Of a stretch of 64,000 nt of DNA, positions 12,001 through 24,699 are shown in pieces. The DNA lies in assembly GCA_050084985.1 (NCBI GenBank), contig JBITNC010000001.1:143344001-143408000 (forward strand), read 5' to 3'. The stretch's first letter is position 1, and every line of letters starts with the position of its first letter. The notes under the pieces are model-generated. The model made no database searches, was not told where the DNA came from, and saw only the letters and a list, made by a program, of their open reading frames with translations. This DNA comes from Nageia nagi (Eukaryota; Plantae; Pinophyta). The position numbers and the translations under genes were made by a program.

Positions 12001-15000
12001 CTCAAATCTATCGATCATAGTAGGAGAGTACCAATGCAAAGCATGGGAAAATATGAATTCCATGATAGAGGAGTTGGGATAGTATAACTTAAAGAAGATA
12101 CATTTTGCAAGTCACTATGATCCTAAGAATAAGATCCAAAAATTTTAAATGAAGGAGAGGAAGAAGACCTATGAACATAAGCCACTTAGAGATGAGGAGC
12201 CATTCAAGAATGTTAGTAATGAGGTGGAGATGGAGAGGATCCATGCTATGATGTAAGAAGAGGATCAAAAACAATAATAAGTAGTGGAGGCCACCATTGA
12301 TAAGAGATTATCACAATTGAAGGGGAGAAGACCATATGAATCTACATCCAAATTCACTCAATTTTTCTTGATGTTTAGGAGCATATTGACCACTACTCAT
12401 CCATGGAAAATAAGAATCCAATCAAGTAGATGCTGCAACAAGTTAGATATATAATTGATAAGCATGATATGAGAGAGTTAGATCATGTGGAAACTAACAA
12501 GATGGTGGGGTGTGTTAGAAATAGGGAAAAGGATCCATCACCACACCAAACACCACCTAAAGGATCAACTTCATGCCCATCCCAAATAATTGCATCATTA
12601 GAGTCTTTATCTTTTGGCCCCTTGTATGAGCCTAATGATATCATTGAAGGAGAATGAAAATATGAGTGTGAAGATGATGTCTATAAGAATGAACTTCAAG
12701 AAGGGGAATACAAAAGTTTACTTGGAGAAGAATTGAATAAGGAACATGTAGAAGAACTAGAGAATGAACATGTAGCTAGTTTAGGTCCTTGTGATGATAT
12801 TCCTAATTCTTAGAAGGATTATGAATCCTTAAATATTTTAGAGGTAGTCCACAAACTTGCTTCTTCAAATCCTTCAATATATCAAAGAAAAGGTAAAGAG
12901 GGATCAATTAAAAAGGGGATCTTAGTCTTGATCATCGACAATGTCTAGGGAGGTCACATAAGATGAAGATAGACCTTTGAAGAGGACCAAGAGGAATGTC
13001 ACCAACATTTTAGATACAATTATAGAAACCCACTAGCCTTAATCCAACCATGAATGGGATATGGAAATGGATGATTTCCTTGATGTTTTTAACATGGACA
13101 TTGGGGAAGGTTTTGGAGTAAGGGAAGCTAATGATTAAATCAAAGAGAGCTCCATTCACCTAGGGAAGAGTTAGACCTATGTACACATGAATGATAATGT
13201 ATTATACATCAATACCTTAATGGATAATAAGGATAACCCTCAATATCCCTAAGATCTAAAACACATTAATCAGATCATCAACATAGGTCGCATTTACATG
13301 ATTAGAAGGAAACATGTAATTATTTCAAATATTGAATCAATCACTGAGGATGGGATGCTAAATGAGAAAGAGATAAAGAGCATCAAGAAGGAGTTAGACT
13401 CCCAAAGGAGATTGAATGATGAGATTAAGTCAACCATAGTACAAATAAAGGAGCTCTAAAATGTAAAGCCTTTCAAAGAGGATATGATTGAAGTGAAGCA
13501 GGAGGTGATTGATGAGGTTTTGGAAGTTTTGAGGTAGTTCATTGATACCCTTCATAGATTCTCACTTGAAGAAGAGAAGTTGAAAAATATTATGATCCAA
13601 AGGGTCAAGCTCTTAAGGATTTTAGATTTCTATAAGCCTATGATATTTTGGTCCTAAAGATGCCAAATTTTGTGAAGACTATTGGTTCTACTTAGGTGTG
13701 ATTAATCATGTGATTTTTCATTTTGAGGAGACCTAGAAAGAGGTGACAATGATCAATGATAAAACCAACTCATGCCTTAAGTAGATAGATTTATAGGTCA
13801 AGCTCTTAGAGGAGGATACCACCATTAAAGAGGCTGACATAGTTGTGATAAAGGTTACACATCTTATTCATAGTTTGATTATGATAGAGGATGTGAATTC
13901 TTACCACTATGGAATTCACTTGATACATATATTGAGAGCTCATACATGGAAGAGTGATATGCAAAGGTTGATCAATGAGGTTAGGGATAGTGATGCTACA
14001 AGTAGGAAAAAAAATTTAGATATGCTATGTGGATTAGATCTTATAACAAGATTCTTAAATGATAATTTCAAAGAATGAGTTATAGGCTTGGGACAACCAT
14101 TGGCCTAGTCATTGTTTTTAGTTTATTTTAGTTTTAAAAAATCTTATTTATTTCTAGTAAAATATTTTATAATATCATTTTATTCCCAAAATTGTGAAGG
14201 ATGATGATTTGCTCCCACAAAGTTTGGAGGAAACTTTGTAATTCCATATGGAATATTTTATTGTACAACATTTCATTTTGTTAGTTAAGATTAGGAAAAC
14301 ATTGATGGTTTCTCTAAAACTATTTATACCCCATTTTGATTCATTTGTAAGGGGGATTGACAATTTTAGCAATTGAAAGAACTTTTATTTGCAAAGCTAA
14401 AATTTCTCTAAGTTATTCAATGTGGCGTATTTTAGTGCAATTGTGATTATATGCTTCTCATGTTGGAATGGTGAATGTGAATGAATGATTTATAGTGTTT
14501 TCTAGTTCATTTTATCTTTGCTTAGTGTTGGTTCAATTGCTTGGTACATCTTGTAAATTTCCTTGAAGTGGAAAAGAGAGTGTTTGAATATCTTGTGAAG
14601 TGATGGATTAGCATCCTGGTGATGATATTTTACCATTTGTAGTTTGGTTTGGATACTCCAAAATATCTCATTGATATCATTCATCATAATAACTTCACCT
14701 AGTTCCTTTAGTCTTACCTCTATCCCATCATACTTCATCCATGCCACAACTTCACAATCCATCTGCTAGGCCATTCATGTTGTTGACTAGTGGAATAGAT
14801 AAAGGGAGGTTATAACCTATAATGAGACCCAATGAGTTGAATTTAAAGGATATTGTCTCAATTCCATGAGTTAGCATACCCATAACTACATCTTACTACC
14901 CACATTCATTCAAAAAAATTATTTCTTTTATTTTAAATTTTTTTTTTTAGATTTTTGTACCTATAATTTCTCTTTTTAGCATTTTCCAAAAATAACCTAG

Positions 15001-15223
15001 TTTAAGCCTAAATATTGAACTTAGAGTCCCTTGAATCCACACATTATATTCATGTTGGTGGCATTTTTAAATATCTAAGCCATTCACTAAGTTATCCTTT
15101 CTAAGTCATGAAGTTAACCTTTATGGTAACTAGTACCCATAGCAGGATGGAGTAACTTCCCTTCACATGAGGTGTTGGCATTTTTCTCACTACTCTAAGG
15201 TAAGAAAGAAACACCACCTAACA
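9034..15223 (+). repeat. Putative very long (~6.2 kb) 3' LTR of the gypsy element
   Basis: Begins tgtaggtg (9034) downstream of integrase and a short duplicated 3'-UTR motif (8843/8957). Ends cacctaaca (reverse complement tgttaggtg), giving TG..CA with an imperfect terminal inverted repeat. The second LTR is not in the window, so this is unverified. Confidence 0.45.
9565..10507. repeat. Array of ~8 dispersed ~45-bp palindromic units separated by non-repeating spacers
   Basis: Units like gcatattcctcaaaaagataa-aatc-ttatcttttgggagcatgtgc at ~9565, 9680 (half unit), 9776, 9890, 10033, 10181, 10252 and 10467. Confidence 0.8.
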
Positions 15224-18200
15224 TATTATTATTCAGATTTTATTAGTGGAATTATTTAGTGATAGAAGTGAAAAGTCTAGTTTATAAGGCTTTCAAAAAT
15301 CCATTTTATTATATAAATCATGTAAATTTGATTTTCCTATTAAGAACATAACATAAATGAGTTTCTTATAAAAACAATTCATCACATATTTTTAGGTTAT
15401 TGAAAGGGACATTATTGTGAGGGATGTGAACCAATTTCATCATTTCAAACATGAAGAATGTTCTTATAGGGATTATTGTTGATGCAATATTCAAAGAGTC
15501 TTGCACAATGACATGGTGCATGCTTTTAGGTACAAAGGACACTATGTTTTATTTCATTTTTTGAAAAAGTTTTGTTATTGAATATTTGTATAAATAGATA
15601 ATGTTGTCAATTTCTAACATCATATTGCTAAGTAAATGTAATTGCCTATGTATATTGAAGTGGTATGTTTGAAAGTAGTATATAGTAGGCTATCTTGAGG
15701 AAGCTTATATTTTATATGCCAAGATACACATAAAACCTAAATTGGGTGTGTGGATGTATTTGCTTGGTGCTTGTAGATCACATAAGAATGTAGGAATATG
15801 GGAATTTGTGGAAATAATCCTTTTTTAATTGGAGCCTAAATATGCTCCATCTTATGTTCTAATTTTAAATATTTATGCTAAAGTGGGTAGCTGAGATGAT
15901 ATTATAAGAGTAATAATATTGATGAAAGATATAGGAATCAAGAAGACACCGAGATGTAGTTCGATTAAAGTTGATAAAAGGGTACATACTTTTCTTGTAC
16001 TTTGGTCTTTCTTTTATCATTTTATGCAAACATTTTATTTGGAGTCATCATATTATTTTGTTTTTATTTTTACATCAAACATTTTAGATTTATAGTACTT
16101 TATTTACATGTTGATGTAGATTTTTCAGAGTCCATGGGTATATATTACCAAGAATTATTTGGATGGAATTAGATCATGTTTTGTATATTTAACTACTAAA
16201 CATTATTATTCAAATTTTATTAGTGGAATTATTTAGTGGTAGAAGTGAAAATTCATGTCTATAAGGCTTTCAAAAAGCCATTTTATTGTATAATTCATGT
16301 AAATTTGGTTTGCCTATTAGAAAAATAACATAAATGAGTTTCTTATAAAAAATATTCATGACATGTTTCCATGTTGTTGCAAGGGACATTGTTATGAGAG
16401 ATGTGAACCAAATTCATCATTTCAAACATGGAGAATGTTCTTGTATGGATTATTATTGATGCAAGATCTAAAATGTATTGCATAATGACATGGTGAATAA
16501 TTTTAGGTACAAAGTAAACTATGGTTCATTTCTTTTTTTAAAAAAGTTTTGTTATTAAATATTTGTACAAATAGAAAATATTATCTATTATTGACATCAT
16601 AATATTAAGTGAATGTAACTGCCTACGTATATAGAAGTGGTATTTTTGAAAGTAGTATTGTCCAAGATAACTTGAGGAAGCTTTGATTTTATATGCAAAA
16701 ATACCCATAAAACTCAAATTAGGTGTGTGGATGTATCTTCGTAGTGCTTGTGGATCACATAAGAATGCAAGAAAAGGGGAATTTGTGGAAAAAAATCTTT
16801 TTTTTAGAGCCTAAATATGCTCCATATTATGTTCTTATTTAAAATATTTATGTTAAAGTGGGTTGCTAAGATAATGTTATAAGAGTAATAAGAACATTGA
16901 TGAAAGGTAGAGGAATGAAGAAGACACTAGGATGTAGTTGAATTGCAATTGATAAAAGGGTACATGCTTTAATTATACTTAGCTCTTTTCTTTATCACTT
17001 TTTGTAGATATTTTATTTGGATTCATTCTATTATTATGTGTCTAGTTTTCCATCAACCATTTGAGATTTGTAGTAATTTCTATATATGTTAATGTAGATT
17101 TTTCACAGTCTATGGGTAAAAATATGCAGAATATTTTTGATGGTATTAGACCATGTTTTGTATATTTAACTGCTAAACATTATTATTCATATTTTATTAG
17201 TGGAATTATTTAGTGATAGAAGTGAAAAACTTGGTCTATAAGGCTTCCAAAAATCCATTTTATTGTTAATTAATGTAAATTTGGTTTTCCTATTAGGCAC
17301 ATAACATAAATTGGTTTCTTATAAAACAATTTCATGACATGTTTCCAGGTTTTTGCAAGGGACATTATTATGAGGGATGTGAACCAATTTCATCATTGCA
17401 AACATGAAAAATGTTCTTTTAGAAATTATTGTTGATGCGAGATCTAAGGAGTCTTGCACAATGATATGGTGCATGCTTTTAGGTACATAGGAAACTATGT
17501 TTCATTTCATCTTTTCAAAATGTTTTGTTATTAAATATTTGTACAAATAGATAATGTTGTTAATTGCTAACATCATATTGTTAAGTGAATTAACTTTCTA
17601 TGTATATTGAAGTGGTATTTTTGAAAGTAGTATTATGTAGGCTATCTTGAGGAAGCTTTGATTTTATATGCCAATATACTCATAAAATCTAAACTAGTGC
17701 TTGTAGATCATATAAGAATGTAGGAATAGGGAAATTTGTGGTAACTATCCTTTTTTATTAGAGCTAAATATGCTCCATATTATGTTATTATTTCAATTAT
17801 TTATGCTAAAGTGGGTAGATGAGATGATATTATAAGAATAAGAACATTGATGAAAAGTAGAGGAATCAAGAAGATACCTGAATATAGTTGGATTGATGTT
17901 GATAAAAGGGTACATGCTTTACTTGTACTTTGCTCTTTCCTTTATCATTTTGTGCAAACATTTTTTTTAGATTCATTCTACTATCTTTTGTTTCTTTTTA
18001 CATCAACCATTTGAGACTTGTAGTAATTTATTTATATGTTGATGTAGATTTTTCATAGTCCATGTGTAAAAATACCAAGAATTATTTGGATGGAATTGTA
18101 TCGTGTTTTGTATATTTAACTACTAAACATTATTTTTAAGATTGTATTAGTGGAATTCCTTAGTAATATAAGTGAAAATTTTGGTCTATAAGGTTTTCAA

Positions 18201-19400
18201 AAACCCATTTTATTATATAATTTATGTAAATTTGGTTTACCTACTAGGCACATAACATAACTAAGTTACTTATAAAAAAATTCATGATATATTTCCAAGT
18301 GGTTGCAAGGTACATTGTTGTGAGGGATGTGAACTAATTTCATCATTTCAAATATGGATAATGTTCTTGTAGGGATTATTGGTCATGTAAGACATACAAA
18401 TTCTTGCACCATGACATGGTGTATGCTTTTAGGTAGAAAGGAAACCATTTTTCATTTTATTTTTTTAATATTCTTATTATATATTTATACAAATAGATAA
18501 TTTTGTTGATTGTTGACATAATATTATCAAGTAAACATAACTACCTATGTATATTGATGTAGTATTTGTGAAAGGATTGTTTTTAATTCTACAGAGTTAA
18601 TGTATTGAACTATTTCTCAAGAATCCTATACAATGCGAGAGTGATACAAATTTTGTATTGTCCATGGATAACCATACCAATAATATTTGGGTGAAATTAG
18701 ACCATCTTCTATATATTTAACTACTAAAAATTATTGTTCATATTTGATTATTGGGTTTCTTTAATGATAGAAATGACAAGTCTAATCTATAAGGCTTTCA
18801 AAGATTAATTTTATTATATAATTCATGTAAATTTAAATTTTTATGTAGGCTATCTTTAGGAAGCTTTATTTTCATTACCAAGATGCCTATAAAAACCAAA
18901 TTGGGTGTGTGGATGTCTCTTCTTGGTGCTTTTATATCAAATAAGAATGTAGGAATAAGGAAATTTGTGGTAATAATCTTTTGTTGTTGGAGCCTAAATT
19001 TGTTCCACCTTATTTTATTCTTTTAAATGTTTATGTTGAAGTGGATAGTTGAGATGATGTTCAAAGAGTAAGAACATTGATGAAAGATATAAGAATCAAG
19101 AAGAAACCTAGATGTAATTGGATTTATTATTTTCTAGATATGATTATTAGAATTTGTTAATGATAAAAGTGAAAATTTTGATCTATAAGGCTTTCAAAAA
19201 TATATTTTATTATATATAGTTCATATAAAATTTGTTTTATTTTATGTTTTTAAAAAATATAATTAAATATTTCTACAAATAGATAATGTTCTCGATTGTT
19301 GATATCATATTTTCAAATGAACGTAATTATCTATGCATATTGATGCAATATTTATGAAAACCTTATTTTTAGTACTATAGATTCATCATATTGAAGTGTT
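15224..19400 (+). repeat. Tandem array (~0.95-0.98 kb unit) built from PLS-class PPR E-domain and DYW-domain fragments
   Basis: The marker attattattca.attttattagtggaatt recurs at ~15224, 16200, 17177, 18128, 18728 and 19125. Units encode RDIIVRDVN.FHHFK..CSC.DYW (CSCRDYW at 18362-18382) and VWM.LLGACRSHKNV..LEPKYAP.YVL..NIYA..GIKKTP.CS.I.VDKRVH. Confidence 0.9.
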
Positions 19401-19687
19401 GTTCATGAATCATGTATAAGCATATAGTGAAGAGATGGAGAGGGAGCTACAAGAATCTCATCAAAATTGAAATACTTGAAGGAAATTTCATGAATCATGT
19501 ATAAGCGTAGAGTGAAGAGATGGAGAGGGAGCTGCAAGAATCACATGAAAATTGAAATACTTTAAGGAAAATGTTTTTTCAAGTATTTCAATTTTCATGC
19601 AATTCTTGTAGCTCCCTCTTCATCTTTTCATTCTATCCTTATACATTATTTATGAAGAACACTTCAATATCATGACTCTATAGTATT
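19371..19687. repeat. Foldback: two direct ~85-bp copies followed by an inverted copy
   Basis: ttcatgaatcatgtataagc..gagagggagct.caagaat..aaaattgaaatact occurs at ~19402 and ~19487; its reverse complement occupies 19574-19687. Confidence 0.9.
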
Positions 19688-20966
19688 TGAGGTTTTTATA
19701 TATATATTTTTATTGAAGTAGTAAAGTTTTGAGGTAGTTTTAAACTACATTTAAAGGTTTTTAAGGTAGCTTTTTTAAGGCAATTTTTCAAGTTTTAGAG
19801 GTAATTTTAAACTATCTCCATAAAAACTTTGTGTGGCAATCAATCCAATTCTCAACTAATTTTCATGGGTGGTTTTATATTTAATGTAGTTTTTTGGAAC
19901 ATATGGGGGCAATTATAAACTACCTTCATAGGGTATCAACTTTTAGCAACACCCACATAGATGGTGGCTAGATAATTTTCAATAAAAGGTTTAGGTAGTA
20001 GTTTAAATCCACTCCCAAAGGTCCTTTTTGGTCTATTACCATAAGTATTTTTCAAAACATGTCTTGTACCATTTCATTGAATGTTTTCAACATAATGTTG
20101 GGGGATTATTTGCATATAGTAAAAGTAATGTATAGAATGATAAACAAAGTTCCTAACAATATAATCCCATTTTTTTGCAATCATCCCCCATTAAACCCTC
20201 ATCATGACATTCACATAATTATGGTTTTTATACTATTTTTTAATGAATTATGTAATAGATTCAGAGTATGAACTTACCTACAATATGGCATACCAATCCA
20301 TCAATATTGACTCTTGAGGAGTCAAGTTTTTTCTAGACTACAAGGTATACCTCAATGGTAGTTATCTAGTGGGAAACCCCTCAAGATAAGGGTATAACTT
20401 ATGGACCTTATGAGAAATCATATAACTCCCTTCTATGTCTTATGCTATTAATTTATTTTATGTAATTTGAATTATCCTCCCATAAGTATAATGAGCTTTC
20501 AAATAATTTTTTTTAATTTGAAGAAATAATTATAGACATACCTATTAAATCACAAAAAACCAATTACAAGCATTCCCATAAATGGTAGTGGTTATAACTA
20601 TGACTCCATAACTAGGACTGACCTATGCAGTAAGAGGAGTTTGATGGTGAATAATCCTCTTGATTACATAGGAATGTTGAATCCCTATGTGCAATAGTTC
20701 ACTCCAATTTTTTATACACCCTAGATGCCCATCTCCATTTTCATGTCTATCTTTGCATCTTTGTCAAATCCTTATGCTTCATATTTATCTCCACTATCAT
20801 CGATTTATAATACACCTTCTAAACTTTCATAGAATTGAATACATCATCAATTACATAAACTATATGTATAAACTATATTCCTCCAATAGCTCCACCGCTT
20901 CCACCTCCCATTCCTACATTCTATTTAATCTAGTTAGTGTTCCTCTAATATCATTACCCTCTCTTG

Positions 20967-21032
20967 TTTAGGGTTTAGGGTATAGGGTTTAAGGTTTAGA
21001 GTATAGGGTATAAGATTTAAGGTTTAGGGTTT
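20967..21032 (+). repeat. Interstitial degenerate telomeric repeat (TTTAGGG)x9
   Basis: tttaggg tttaggg tataggg tttaagg tttagag tataggg tataaga tttaagg tttaggg ttt in exact 7-bp phase. Confidence 0.85.
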
Positions 21033-22199
21033 GATATTATTGATTAATTTGATATAATTTATTTAAAATAGGATCCCCTTTTAATAAATTAGGATCTAAT
21101 TTTATAAAAAAACAAGATCCTAATTATGTTGGGTTACTAAAGCATAACGAGATCTTGATTTAAAAATTGGGAACCCATTTTTTTTTTTTGGATCAAGAAT
21201 CCCAAGCTAAATAGGATGCCATTTTTTATAAAATAGGATCCTATTTCTTCTAAAATCACCAACCAACTTGTCCATGTCCAATTTTAGTGGATCCAACTTT
21301 GTGCATATGCCCAAATCATAATAATTTCTCAATTATATTCATCTATGGTTTGGATAAAATTTTGTAATGGTAGATCTCATCAAATTGACAAAATGAGCTT
21401 CAAAATATAGGGTTTTCTTCAAAAATTGAATTCACCAAAAATAAATATTTCTCAAATATAATAATTTTCAAGAAATAAAAATTTCTAATTCAATAAAAAA
21501 ATTATCACAAGCAAACAAGAAACAAAACTATGTTTATCAATGAAATACTCCACCAAAAATGTGATTCCCTAAAATAAAAATTCTAGTATTTGTAAGATAC
21601 AAATGGGTTCACCATTTTTTAATACTAAAAATAATATTACTTATTTTAATATTAGCATTAATTTAATATTGACTTACAACCAATAATAGTAGAATTCAAA
21701 CATCACAATCCTATTATTGGCTAAAGCAATATAATATGAAGGATTATAATGATTAATAATTTTTCATTAACCTTATCAAATATAGATTCAAAATGAACTT
21801 ACAAAAATATTACTTTGCCTATCTAAAGATCCTAGCTCATAGCTAACTCAAAGAGGTAAACATTAGTTGCAAACTAGATCACCAAGTTTATCCTCTATGG
21901 AGTTTTGCCACTCAGGTTGGAGCATCATTGCTCAACAATCTCCATAATATTAATTAAAACATTCATTTATCATCAAGCACTCTTCCAATCTAGGTTGCTT
22001 ACATATAATGAATTGAAATATCATAATAATATAGTATTTAGAGTATAACAAAATATAGGAATGTAGTATTTAGAGTTTAACTCTTTATCATCAGCCTTCA
22101 CAATATTCAACACAACTAAAATAATTCCAATAGTTAAATGTAAATAAAATTATTTTAGATAGAAATACAAAACATAATATAATTTCATTGAAAAAAATT

Positions 22200-24420
22200 G
22201 GTATTTTTATCCATGTACTATGTAAAATCTACATCAACGTATAAATAAATTACTCCATATAATTTATGATGGGATAGGTGATTAACTGCCTTATTGAAAA
22301 AATATTTCTTAAAGTCCTTCAATAACTGAAACATAATTTCCAACTTTTCGCAATGCTATCACAGAAGCAATTATTTATTATAAGCCTCCACATATTGGAA
22401 CATAGGTATTGTATTTGGGATATACCCCATTTTGTTCATCTTAGTTGATATGTTTTTCAATTTTTCATATATGTCCTCTACTTATGGGTGTGATTTGTCT
22501 CCTATAAGAAATGCATGTATGCTTTTATAAACTTAAATCCAAATAAATACAAGTATCTTCTTAATTCCTCTATCTTTGATGAATGCCATCACTTTTTAAA
22601 CATCATCCTAGTTACCGAATTCAATATAAATATTTGAAAAAAGAACATAATATGAAATATTTTTAGTCTCTAATAAAAAAGGATTGTTACCATAAATTCT
22701 TGTATTCATTATTATGTGATCAAAGAGCATTTACAGCCCTCATCCACTAGACCTACATGGTTGCATGCAAGTGTAACAAATACAAAGGTTATGCTATTCG
22801 AATTGGTTCCCAAGTGCCTTTTCAAATCAAAGAGTTTAAGGGTATCCTTGTTGCAGCCATGAATTATATATCATCTAATCATTGGATGTCCCATGGTAGC
22901 ATATACTAGAAAAATTATAGAAAAGGTTCAAGAGTTTGGCTTTAGTCATGATAATTTCATTTGCTTAATAGCCCCTAGAGCCTTATTAGGAAACACTTAC
23001 ATATCATGCAATTATTTGAGCATATGAGACTACATATTAGTGAGGTATTTTGTCAAATAATTCATGAAACCTTTAAACATATCTATTTTATTCATATCTT
23101 ATGATAATTGCAGTCAATGAGATTACATCTCAATGAGGCTTTTTATAAAATAATTCATATACCATTTCAATGTATCTATTTTATATATATCATACAATCA
23201 TTTTAGTCCATGATACTACATCTCAATGAGGTATTTTATTTAAAAATTCATAGACCCTTTCAATGTAAACATTTTATGCATATCCTATGGTCATTACAAT
23301 CCATAAAATCATGTCTCTATTATGCATCTTTTCAAATAATTTAGCTACATTATCTACACTTTCAAATTTTACATACATGTCTTATAGAACACTCATAATC
23401 ATAACATCTAATAAAAATATGCTTTTAAAGAGTTTTTTGTTACCTTGCTAATGATGTAGGATTACAAGAGTTGAACATACATATAAGAGCACATAGAGTA
23501 ATGAGTATGTAGTAAAAATAATATGCATTATGTCAATCAACTATCCATCTCTATAGAGTTGAATGAAACTAATATTCATATCATTTTGGTGGGTAAGTGA
23601 CAAGATTGCATGATTATGAAAATGAAAACAATAAAAACCATGGCCTTAAAAAGTAAAAGAAGGTGGATGTGGGTCTTATGGCCATGTATTTCTACCTTTG
23701 TTAATATATAATTTCGATTGTAAAGATTTAAAAAAATGTGAAGAGGATTTATTTGATGAAATGATGTCAAGATTCAAGGGTGCATTTTGTGATAGTGGTG
23801 GATTCTACCTCTATTAATAATATAATTTTACTTGTAGAGAGTGAATGGAATGTGAGGAGAGTTTCATTGCTAAAATTATATGAGGTTTTAAAGGTAAGGC
23901 TTCATAAGCATTATGATAATGGTGGATTCATGTATAATGATTCATGTTAGATATAATGTAATAAGAGATCCACCATTATAGGATCCACCTGTAAAGGATG
24001 CTCATGCCTTCTTCTAAGGATCCCATGGTGGTATCTGTTGGAAGAATGCCAAAAAAGGTTACATAGCTTGGCTTTACACTTGAGGCTTGCATCTACTTAA
24101 AAGTATCTAAAGCCTTCAAAAAATCCATCTTATACATATCTTAGTATCATTTCAATCAATGAAATTAGATATGCATCGATGAAATTGAGAGATGCATCTA
24201 TAATCATGGCTATCAAAGCACTCACAATCATAAGATTTGATGAAAAGCAATTTTCAATTACTCTTTAATAGAGGTTCATACATTCTTCTAGGGCTCCCAT
24301 TATGGGATATTTTGGAAGAATTTCACTAAAGGTTGTAGAGATTTAATTTACACTTAAGACTTGCATCTAGAGCCTTCAAAAAATCTATTTTGTGCATATA
24401 TTGTGATCATTACAATCTAC
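22200..24420 (-). pseudogene. Highly decayed PLS-class PPR (E/E+/DYW) gene fragments
   Basis: The minus strand gives P/L motifs (ALDTFK*MQASSVKPSYVTFFGILP, ~24040-24120), 93-bp tandem S motifs (KIPH*DVVSWTKMI, ~23000-23330) and E/E+ sequence (GIKK..IHAFLIGDKSHP*VEDIYEKL..GYIP..HCEKL, 22330-22600). Confidence 0.8.
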
Positions 24421-24699
24421 AAAACTATATATATGCATTGTTGAAGGTTGTAAAAACACGTCTCACCCACACATTTCCCTTCCCACTAGTATTTTTCTTC
24501 TTTTTTGACATTTTAAGGATGATTTTTTGGAAGAAATTTGTAAACCACCTTTTTAGGGTTTTTAGATGGCAATTTTTTATGATGGTTTTAAGCTTCCTTC
24601 CATAGGATTTTAAAGGTAAATTTTAGACCATAACATAAAACCATCTCCTTAATGGTTTTTTTAAGGTAAATTTCAACCACCCAAATAAAACCATCATAA

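Larger units (their letters stand above)
1..15223 (+). mobile_element. Degenerate Ty3/gypsy LTR retrotransposon, Tat/OTA-like, with domain order PR-aRH-RT-RH-INT; 5' end lies outside the window
   Basis: Protease-like MMDLEAGANIMP (~1327), RNase H-like segment (1830-2068 + 5488-5630), RT with GLINVRATFQRAM and YMDD (6618-6629), integrase-like LAHKIIHAKYYWP, CDNGP and LGP motifs (7560-8700). Many stops and frameshifts. Ends at ...cacctaaca (15223). Confidence 0.85.

Noticed and set aside
14348-14359. aagggggat-tg as PPT and start of the gypsy 3' LTR
   Set aside because: It follows a TATA-like..cattgtaa-type motif typical of LTR interiors and gives no terminal inverted repeat with 15223; 9034 fits better, though neither is proven.
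15393-18385. Functional DYW deaminase genes
   Set aside because: Only the last ~30 codons are present, with stops and no HxE/CxxC catalytic core.
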